Assembly (NCBI GenBank): GCA_002104945.1
Contig: MCFH01000045.1
Location: 62,001-126,000, forward strand
Source of the DNA: Piromyces finnis finn
Taxonomy: Eukaryota; Fungi; Neocallimastigomycota
Direction of reading: 5' to 3'
DNA: 64,000 nucleotides
Under the pieces are notes generated by a model. That model saw nothing but the letters and a program-made list of their open reading frames with translations. It ran no database searches and was not told where the DNA came from. A program made the position numbers and the translations under genes. Within the stretch, counting starts at the first letter, position 1. Every line of letters begins with the position of its first letter. This document shows, piece by piece, positions 55,369 through 64,000 of this stretch.

Positions 55369-57933
55369 ATGTCTGTTGAATTATTTCGAAACCAACCTGA
55401 TTCAAGTTCTTCTTCATTAATACCATTAAAATGGATAGGCGCAAGAGTTGAAAATCGAAATATTCCTGAATGGTTATCTGGTGTATACTTACAAATTGGA
55501 CCAGGGTAATTAATATAATAGTAATAACAATAAGAATAACTGAAATAAAATGAAATGTTATTTAAAATTTCAGTTTTTTTTAAAATGAAAATGAAAATTA
55601 ATAATAATAATTAATATATTTATTGTATCATTTTCAATATTTATTATAATTGAATTTATGTAAAGTTTTTTTGATATTAATGCCAAGGGGGAAACTACAA
55701 CAAAACAATTTTCTCAATCTCTTGTACAATTGAAAATTGTTCACTTTAAGCATTGGTTTGATGGTAATAATAAATAAAATGTTTTTTTAACACTGTAACT
55801 TTGAAATCACTTAAAATCTTATATATTGATATATAATTTTAAAAATACTAAGAATAAATTATTTATTAAATAATTTAATATTTCAATTAATATATAATCT
55901 AATATTTTTATCCAATTTTATTATATATATATCAATTTGAAAAATAAAAAAAAAAAAAAAGGTTTATCACATATTCATAAATTAGAATTACAAGGTGGAA
56001 CAAACGAAGCTTTATGGAGTCATAAAAGTATTTCTAAATCATATGAAAAGAAAATTAGTGAAACAGCTATAATTGATCATACTACTTTTGGACAAATAGC
56101 AATCGAAAATCATGAAGTTTCAACTACTGTGATAGATGCTTTCAAATTCCAAAATGATCAAAATAATGTTAAATATCAAGAAGAAACTTATAATAATAAT
56201 TTAGGTATTCAAACTGTTCATTATAACGATAAAGATCATATTGTTGTTACAGGTTATTCCCCTATTATCGAAGAAATTGATTTAAAAGATTACACCTCAA
56301 CTAAGATTGGAAATTTAATTCATTCGTCTTTCTACCCATCTTCTCATTATATTATTACACCACATAAATGTTATGATACAAAAACAAATGAGCTCTTTTC
56401 CATGGTTTTAGAAGTAGGTAAAGTTTCTTCATCTTTTTATATTCTTCGTACTGGATTCCCAAGTTCATATTTACCAGGAAAAAGTCAACCTGAAACTATC
56501 TTATTCTCAACTATTCCAAATGTAAGAGTTGGATATAATCATACTTTTGCAATTACTCCACACTTTATTAGTAAGTATTTAATTAATTTATATCAATTTA
56601 AATATAGAATTATTTTCTAGAAACAAAGTACTAATGAAAAAATTTAAATATAATTAAATCAATAATAATAAAAATATATATATATAATAAAAATATTATT
56701 TTTTTTTTAGTTATCATAAATTGCCCATATCATGCTGGTACTATTGGTAGTGGGTTAAAGTTAGCCTTAAATCAAGGATCTATTCAAAAAACGATGAAAT
56801 TCTCAGAAGATAAAGATGAAAGTACTCTTTGTTATATTATTTCAAGAGAAAATGGAAACTTAATTAAAACTTTTGAAAGTGCTGGTTTCTTCTTCTTAAA
56901 TATAGTCAATTCATTTGAAGGAAGTGAATATGAAGAAGTAGATCCAGATGGTAAACCAGAAAAGAAATATGATATTTATATTGATGTTATTGCTTATTCT
57001 GATGCTAAAATATTAAGTGTCTTTGAAATAGACCAATTACGTTCTTCAAACAATAAACAAAATACCATCAATAGAGATGTTTGGTCAAATACTATAAGAA
57101 GATATTGCTTACCAGGTGTTTGCCCAAGTCAAGGAGTACCACTCAATTCATCATCTGGTGTTCCTTATTGGGAACAAGTTAAAGAAAAAGTAGAAAATCC
57201 AAAATGGTTTGTCAACTCACTTGTACAACCATTCAAAAAGTTATACTACACTGCTTCTGGTAATCCAATGCCAGAAGATAATAATAATAATAATTCCAAT
57301 AATAGTCTTAAGCCAAGTTCTGATAATAGTTCAAAAAGAGCTAGTACTAGCTCATTAGATATTAATAGTTTAAATAGTAAGCTTAATGAAAGTGATTTGA
57401 ATATTCGTTTTGAATATCCAGCTTCCTTCCAACATCTAAGTAACACTACTATAGAATTTCCATGTATTAATAAGGAATATAACTATAGAGATTACCGATA
57501 TGTCTATGGTTTATTCCATCCAAAAAAAGATAAATCTTCTTTCACTCATTTAATTAAAATTGATATTCAAACCATGAGAGTTATTAAATTTAATCCAACA
57601 GATATAACAGCTAATCCATATAATGATGAAGGTGATATTACTATTCCAATGACAAATGAAAAAGTAATGATTATACCAGCAGGTACTCCAACTTTCATAC
57701 CAAGACCTTCTAATTCTACTGAGGATAATGTTGAAAAAGATTCAGATATTGATATTAAGGAAGACGATGGAGCCCTTATTGCACCATTCTTTGATTTATA
57801 TAATAAGAGAAGTCTTATTATTGTTATTGATGCTAAGACCTTTACAGAGATTGGTCGAATAAACTTACCAAACAATGAATTTATGCCATTTGGAAGTCAA
57901 AGTACTTTCTGTCATGCATCAAGTGAAAATTAA
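55369..57933 (+). CDS. Carotenoid cleavage oxygenase (RPE65 family) fold protein, 4 exons, 688 aa; probably non-catalytic
   Basis: Exons 55369-55505, 55666-55763, 55962-56570 and 56711-57933 splice in frame. Motifs IPEWLSG..IGPG, HWFDG, TPHKCYD, YNHTFAIT, IEFPCIN, YRYVYG, EDDGALI, DAKTFTEIGR and PFG. Confidence 0.88.
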
Positions 57934-58275
57934 ATGGGATAAATAATAATAAAAGCCATATGTATTATTATGTATTCTTAATTATCATCATCATAAATAA
58001 TAATTTTTTTTTTTTATCTTTCTTTAGTATCTTTCAAATTTATAATATTATTTTAATAGAAAATAAAAAGTATAAATAATATTTATAATTATGTTGTATT
58101 TCTTTTTTACTATTATCTTTTTTTTTTTTTTAATAGCATAATCATTATTTTTATATTTTAATTATATCATACCAAATAAATTTTATTTTATTAAAACTTT
58201 CCAAGACTTTGCCATTTCAATTTAAAAATATTAAATAAAAACATTTAAAAATCTAACCCAGTTATTTTTATATAA

Positions 58276-58510
58276 TGTCAGATAAATTTAGTTTACACTT
58301 AAATTTATTTATAAAACTATTTGGGTTTTTATAATCTTTTATTTATTTATATTTATTTTATAATATAAATATTGTAACTTTCTTAAAATCTTTTTATTAA
58401 AAAATAACCAAAGAATAAAAATGTAGTACAATATTAATTTATAATTTTATAAAATACAAATACATAAAAAATACATAAAATATTATTTTGGAATGTATTT
58501 TATTTTCACA
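58276..58510 (-). repeat. Putative 3' LTR of the copia element (distal boundary uncertain)
   Basis: On the minus strand it begins TGTGAAAA directly after the polypurine tract. A TGT...ACA end is possible at 58276, but other candidate ends exist. The 5' LTR needed for confirmation lies outside the window. Confidence 0.4.
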
Positions 58511-58517
58511 CTCCCCC
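58511..58517 (-). promoter_or_regulatory. Polypurine tract (PPT)
   Basis: Minus-strand GGGGGAG immediately followed by TG, just downstream of the pol stop. Confidence 0.8.
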
Positions 58518-58532
58518 AAAGTTATAAATTCA

Positions 58533-61500
58533 TTATTTGTATTTATATAATAAACTATCTCTAAATATTTTCATTTTATTTTTATTCAAGTATTTAGTAA
58601 AACCATCTGCTAAATTTTCTTCTGATTTTATATATTCTAGACTGATTTTATTTTCTTTAATTAATTCTCTTACTTTATGGTACTTAATATCAATATGTTT
58701 TGACTTTGGATTAATCGTTTCATTATTTGCGTTGTAAATAGTTGCTTGATTATCAATATTGATTTTTAAGCATTCTTCCTTTATTTTTAATTCACTAAAA
58801 ATATTTCTATACCACAGAGCTTGCTTTGAGCATTCACAAAGTCCATAATATTCTGCTTCGGCGGTTGAAGTTGATACACATTTTTGCAGTTTTGAGTACC
58901 AGCTTGTTGGTCCATTTCCCAATAAAAATACAAATCCAGTGGTAGATTTTCTTGTTTCTTCATCTCCCCCATAGTCTGAATCTACAAAAATCTTCAAATT
59001 TAAGTTTCTTTCAAAACGGATTCCATAATGAGGATTTTCTTTCAGATATTTGAATATTTGTAATACATTCTTCCAATTTTGGATAGTAGGATTTTGTGAG
59101 AACCTAGATGCTTTGGTTACTGAAAATAAGATATCTGGACGAGTACCTATGGCTAAATATAAAAGACTTCCTATTGCAGCTCTATAAGTAGTAGGGTCAA
59201 AAGGCTGATTGAGTTGTTCATCATTCTTGATTGGTGTAGTTGTCTTTGATCCTCTGCAGTTTTCTAAACCAAATTTGTGTAATATATCCTTTAAATACCT
59301 TTCTTGATGTAACAAATACCCATCTTTTAACGTTTCTACTTTGATTCCTATGATGAAATTTGCATCACCAACATCCGTGATAACATATTTCTCTTTAATT
59401 AATTTAATAGTTTTATCTATTTCTTCCTTTTTACCAGTTATTAGGATGTCATCAACATATATTCCAACTAAACATACTAATTTATTGTTTTTGGTCTTTA
59501 TAAATATGCATGGTTCGCTAACTAATTTCTGAAATCCTAGTTCAATGAGAGTATTGCTGATGTTGTTATTCCATTCTCTTGCTGCTTGTTTTAAGCCATA
59601 TAATGCTTTATTTAATTTCCATAATCCTTTTTTATACATTTTATCTCCTTCAGGTGCTTTCATATATATATCTTCCTTTAAATCTGCATACAAATATGCG
59701 GCCTTAACATCTAATTGATGGATTTTATAGTTATTAATTGCAGCTATTCCTATTAGGATTCTTAATGAGTCTTGTTTTAGAGTAGGAGAAAAGGTCTCAT
59801 TGTAGTCTTCTCCATATTCTTGTGTAAAACCTCTGGCTACAAGTCTAGCTTTGTATTTTTCTATCTCACCAGTGCTATTCCTTTTTATCTTAAATACCCA
59901 TCTTGAATCAATAATATTGGCGTCTTCTGGAACTTCATCTATTCTTTTGAACACTTTTCTTTCTTTCATATTTAGCAATTCGGCTTCTATTGCTTTTATC
60001 CACTTATCCTTATCTTTTCTTTTAAATATATCATTATAGGAATTTGGCTCCTTGATTTGTGCTATAGTTAGCGCCACTTCCTTAATTTTCTTCTTTTCTG
60101 GTTCATGTTCATGTGGCTTACTAAATTTTTCTTTTATGACATCTTCACTTGGAACAAGTTTCCGCTTTCTTGGGAATTTTTCTTCCTTTGGTGGATGATT
60201 TTCATTTAATTTAAAATTTTTATTGGATTTTAATTTTCTATTTAGATTTCTCTTATTCAAAAAATTTTGTTTTGATAATAACTTTTTCTTATCAAAAAAT
60301 TTTTTCTTAGATTTATCTTTATTGATTGGATCTTTAATTTCATTTTTATTTTTTAAATTTCTCAAATTATATTCCTTTTTATTTTGATTATTTAAATTAC
60401 TTTCTTTTTCATCAGAAATATTTTTAAATTTGGACTTTTCTTCAGGAATATTGATATTTTCTTTATTCAAATTTCTTCTTATTTCATTCTCATTAATAGG
60501 TATGTAATTTTTCTTATAATATTCTTCATTCTTATAATTTACTTTTACATTTGAATAATTATTTTCTATTTCTTTTCTATTATTTTTATTTATATTATTT
60601 TTGACACTCTCAATATTTTCAAAATCAATTTTCTTTCTTGTTCCTAAATCAATGTCAGGACTCAGGATATTTAAAAAATCATTATTGTCAATTTCTCCAG
60701 TTAAATCATTTATCTCCATTTCTGATGGTGTTTTTAATACTTCTTCAATTAATTCATTTTTATTTACAATGTCTGAATTTTCTTCTATAAAATAAACATT
60801 TCCTTTTGCATTCAGGTATTTATTATTCCTTTTATTATCCTTTGATATATTTGAATTGTCTTTACTGTTTATATTTTTATTTTTCTTGTCGTCATTTCTC
60901 TTTATATTCACTTCTTTAATTTCACAAATTTCAGTTTCGTCAGCACTATTATATTTTAAATTATTATATTTTAAATTATTTTCTTCCAAGGTAAAGTTAT
61001 TTATATTGCCGTCGTTACTTCCTGAAATGTCATTATTGTTTTCTTTTTCTTTATTGGTTTCACTTACAGATTCCATTGAAGTACTTATTTTAATTTCTTT
61101 ATTTTCTTCCATTTCTTCAATTTTCTGGTAATTATTTTTGTTCAAACGTTCTTTTTTCTTTTCTTTTAGTTTAATATAGTCTAAGAGATTTAAGTCTTCT
61201 TCTTCTGAGTCTTCTATATTCATATTACTATCATTAGTGTCCTCGCAGACTTGCATAAAACTTTCAGAACTATTATTTTTTTCTTTATTTAATAGTGACG
61301 TGAGCTTATCCAGCTTTTCTTCTATATTTCTAAATTTTTCTTCATAATTTACTTCTTTTAAGTCTTCTTTATTACTAGTTTTATCATTGAGTGTTTCTAG
61401 GTTTTCATTCATTAATTTATCATTTTCATTTGAAATGTCCTTTTCTTTTTTGTCTTTATTGTTATTGTTTTCATTTTCTTTATCATACATATAATTAAAG

Positions 61501-63986
61501 TTCCTTACTTGAAAAGTTTCTGTATCTTGACTATATGTTTCATTATTATTTTCTTTTTCTAAATTATAATTGTAGTCACCAGGTTCTTCTTCTAAAAAAC
61601 CTACGACTCTTTTCACTTTAATTTTCCTTGATTTTATGTCGAATATTCTGTATCCTACTGAAGATTCATCATATCCGATAAAGATTCCCTCCTTAGTTTT
61701 GTCTTGAAATTTTGGAATGTTACTGTCATCTAAATAATACACTTTACATCCAAATACTCTTAAATTTTTATAATCAACTTTTCTGTTGTACATTAATTCA
61801 AATGGTATTTCACCATTAATTCCACTGTGCGGAACTCGATTATGAACATAGTTCGCTGTTTTCACAGCATCTTCCCAAAAGCGACGACATAACCTTGCGT
61901 CCATTAACATTGCAGTAGCAGTTTTTATTAACTTTCCATTGAATCTTTCTGCTCTTCCATTCTGCTCCGGATTTCCAGGGACGGTGAATTGTTGAGTTAT
62001 TCCATATTCGTTACATAACTCCTTGAAGTTATTAGAAGTGAATTCAGTTCCATTATCGCTTCTAAGATATTTTACTTTGGATGATAATTCATTAGTAGTT
62101 TTATTCAGCCAATTTCCAAATTCTTTGAAAACATCACTTTTATTCTTGACAAATATTACCCATCCATATCGACTGTAATCATCTAAGATACTTAAAAAGT
62201 ATACGTTGTCATGAATTGATGGTGTGATTGGACCTACCAAATCGATGTGTACTAGTTCCAAAACACTTGATGCTCTACTATCTGACCTTTTATGAGGGAT
62301 TTCTTTCATTTTGCTTCTCATGCATATTGTACAATTGTGAATATTGTTCTTTTCATCATTATTGTTGAAATTCAGATGCCCTATTCTTCTATGCCAGTAT
62401 TCACCATTGTTTCGTACATTATCGCACATTGAGTAATTATTAACTACATTACCTTCTTTGATGTACAAATTGAATACATCATATTCATTTGCTTTAACTT
62501 CGTATACATTATCTGTTTTCTTATCTTTTATATATGCAAATACATTATTGTTCTTCTCATCAAAGATTATTTGGTAGCCACTTTTAACTAACTTGGCAAC
62601 AGAAATTAAATTTCGTTTTACATCTGGGATGTACATTACATCTTCTAATTTTATTGGTTCTTCATTAATAGATCCATTTACTTCACCCATATGTGTTGAC
62701 TTTGTAGTCGCTCCATTTGCATAATTGATTGGTTCTACATGTTCAAAAACATTTTTGAGAATTCCTATATCTTTGGTAATATGATTAGAAGCACCAGAAT
62801 CTAAAGTCCATGTAGTAAAACTTGTAGGTACATTTTCACAAGATACGTAATTGCATGATTTATTATTACATTCATCATTGTTATTGTCAAATAATGTATT
62901 GTAATCAACTGTAAACAAATCTTGATATCCAACTTCTGGTTCAAAGTCTTCAGTGGTTTGTTTATTTACTATTTCACCTGTTGCTAAAAATGCTTCCTTG
63001 CCTTTATTTTTCTCTTTTCTTAGCCTTCTTGTAACTTCTTCTGAAAGTTCTTTTTGAATACGACATTGTTTTACAGTATGTCCTTTTTGATGACAAAAAT
63101 AACATGTAATGTTTTGTTTATTTTTGTTATTCCAATTTCTTTCTTCATTGGACTTTTCTTTTCCTTTATTTGTATTTTTATTATGATTATTACTTTGTTT
63201 GTTGCGGTAGTATTTAGTACTTTCCTTTCTTTTATCACCTTTGTAACTACCTTCAACACTAAAGATATGTCTAATTCCGAAGGTTTCAGATTTCTCTTTC
63301 GGATCAAATTTGTTCATCTTATCTATCATTCTTGCTGTGTCCTTTTTGCATTCTTCCCAGTCTTCATGCTTAAGGACTGTGACTTTCCTATATTTTTCTG
63401 GTAAGGCTTGATACAGTAAACCAATTTTTTCTTCATCATCTATTTTCACATTTAGTTGTTCTAACTTATTAAAGTTGGAATTTAACTTATTTACAAATCT
63501 TGAGAAACTTTCTTTCGGGTCGTATTTTAAGGAGTTTGTTTCCTTAATAAGCCTATTCTTTCTTTCTATTTTATCCCCTAAATAAATGTCTTCTAATAGT
63601 TTCCACATTTCGTAGCTTGTTAAAGACCTATCTTGGATATCTTGTTGGCAGTTTGGGCCTAAAGTATACCTAATTAAAAATTGGATATTCCTATCTGTTT
63701 TTAAGTCATCTTCGGTTACGTTCTTATCATAGTAGGTATTGATTTCAAAAGGTGCCTTTAGATATTCTTCTCCGTCGATATCCATTCCTTCGTCACTTTT
63801 GATCTTTGGGGTTTTGTTTTCATCAACCCAATCTTCAAGACCATAATAATTTAAAATATTCCTCATAAACATTTGCCACGTTATGAAATTTTTATTGTTC
63901 AATTCATAAGTGACCTTTCCTAGCATAACGGTAGGATCGAATATAGGAATTGATCCAGTATCTCCGTTAGATTTTCTTTTTGACAT
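58533..63986 (-). CDS. Copia gag-pol polyprotein, intact, 1817 aa
   Basis: Zinc knuckle CYFCHQKGHTVKQC; protease LDSGASNH; WHRRIGH..CTIC; integrase HIDLVGP / LRSDNGTEF / NGRAER; RT ARLVARGFTQ, QLDVKAAYL, LYGLKQA, YVDD; RNase H DSD, AEAEY, IDNQA, ADGFTK. Confidence 0.97.
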   Translation of the reverse strand: MSKRKSNGDTGSIPIFDPTVMLGKVTYELNNKNFITWQMFMRNILNYYGLEDWVDENKTPKIKSDEGMDIDGEEYLKAPFEINTYYDKNVTEDDLKTDRNIQFLIRYTLGPNCQQDIQDRSLTSYEMWKLLEDIYLGDKIERKNRLIKETNSLKYDPKESFSRFVNKLNSNFNKLEQLNVKIDDEEKIGLLYQALPEKYRKVTVLKHEDWEECKKDTARMIDKMNKFDPKEKSETFGIRHIFSVEGSYKGDKRKESTKYYRNKQSNNHNKNTNKGKEKSNEERNWNNKNKQNITCYFCHQKGHTVKQCRIQKELSEEVTRRLRKEKNKGKEAFLATGEIVNKQTTEDFEPEVGYQDLFTVDYNTLFDNNNDECNNKSCNYVSCENVPTSFTTWTLDSGASNHITKDIGILKNVFEHVEPINYANGATTKSTHMGEVNGSINEEPIKLEDVMYIPDVKRNLISVAKLVKSGYQIIFDEKNNNVFAYIKDKKTDNVYEVKANEYDVFNLYIKEGNVVNNYSMCDNVRNNGEYWHRRIGHLNFNNNDEKNNIHNCTICMRSKMKEIPHKRSDSRASSVLELVHIDLVGPITPSIHDNVYFLSILDDYSRYGWVIFVKNKSDVFKEFGNWLNKTTNELSSKVKYLRSDNGTEFTSNNFKELCNEYGITQQFTVPGNPEQNGRAERFNGKLIKTATAMLMDARLCRRFWEDAVKTANYVHNRVPHSGINGEIPFELMYNRKVDYKNLRVFGCKVYYLDDSNIPKFQDKTKEGIFIGYDESSVGYRIFDIKSRKIKVKRVVGFLEEEPGDYNYNLEKENNNETYSQDTETFQVRNFNYMYDKENENNNNKDKKEKDISNENDKLMNENLETLNDKTSNKEDLKEVNYEEKFRNIEEKLDKLTSLLNKEKNNSSESFMQVCEDTNDSNMNIEDSEEEDLNLLDYIKLKEKKKERLNKNNYQKIEEMEENKEIKISTSMESVSETNKEKENNNDISGSNDGNINNFTLEENNLKYNNLKYNSADETEICEIKEVNIKRNDDKKNKNINSKDNSNISKDNKRNNKYLNAKGNVYFIEENSDIVNKNELIEEVLKTPSEMEINDLTGEIDNNDFLNILSPDIDLGTRKKIDFENIESVKNNINKNNRKEIENNYSNVKVNYKNEEYYKKNYIPINENEIRRNLNKENINIPEEKSKFKNISDEKESNLNNQNKKEYNLRNLKNKNEIKDPINKDKSKKKFFDKKKLLSKQNFLNKRNLNRKLKSNKNFKLNENHPPKEEKFPRKRKLVPSEDVIKEKFSKPHEHEPEKKKIKEVALTIAQIKEPNSYNDIFKRKDKDKWIKAIEAELLNMKERKVFKRIDEVPEDANIIDSRWVFKIKRNSTGEIEKYKARLVARGFTQEYGEDYNETFSPTLKQDSLRILIGIAAINNYKIHQLDVKAAYLYADLKEDIYMKAPEGDKMYKKGLWKLNKALYGLKQAAREWNNNISNTLIELGFQKLVSEPCIFIKTKNNKLVCLVGIYVDDILITGKKEEIDKTIKLIKEKYVITDVGDANFIIGIKVETLKDGYLLHQERYLKDILHKFGLENCRGSKTTTPIKNDEQLNQPFDPTTYRAAIGSLLYLAIGTRPDILFSVTKASRFSQNPTIQNWKNVLQIFKYLKENPHYGIRFERNLNLKIFVDSDYGGDEETRKSTTGFVFLLGNGPTSWYSKLQKCVSTSTAEAEYYGLCECSKQALWYRNIFSELKIKEECLKINIDNQATIYNANNETINPKSKHIDIKYHKVRELIKENKISLEYIKSEENLADGFTKYLNKNKMKIFRDSLLYKYK

Positions 63987-64000
63987 ATTAAAAAAAAAAC

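Larger units (their letters stand above)
58276..64000 (-). mobile_element. Ty1/copia LTR retrotransposon, 5' LTR/PBS beyond the window edge
   Basis: Domain order gag-PR-IN-RT-RH, plus PPT and LTR start. Confidence 0.93.

Noticed and set aside
58537-63404. Short ORFs antisense to or overlapping copia gag-pol
   Set aside because: No motifs; expected shadows of a long coding strand.

Overview
Very AT-rich eukaryotic DNA with short GT-AG introns, long A/T tracts and microsatellites. The composition and gene families point to an anaerobic gut fungus (Neocallimastigomycota); this is inferred, not proven. Genes: casein kinase I, a secreted Gly/Pro/Cys repeat protein, a TrpG-TrpC (TRP3-type) fusion, a large multi-exon orphan, a fucosyltransferase-like type II membrane protein, a beta-helix/EGF/7TM receptor-like gene, a single-pass membrane protein, a small orphan ORF, a spliced SVIP-like gene missed by the ORF track, and a carotenoid-oxygenase-fold gene. 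The window ends in a Ty1/copia element with an intact gag-pol ORF. Non-coding DNA contains a tRNA-headed, poly(A)-tailed SINE with a target-site duplication, a spliced Fe/Mn-SOD pseudogene fragment, a structured ~170-bp island, and decayed gypsy-like relics. Highlights: two probable pseudoenzymes (a carotenoid oxygenase lacking 2 of 4 Fe-binding His, and an IGPS domain lacking its catalytic Lys and Glu), the SINE, the Lys/Arg-free repeat protein and the SOD relic. Residue equivalences come from recalled family motifs aligned by eye, not from computed alignments. No CRISPR, rRNA or intact tRNA gene was seen.
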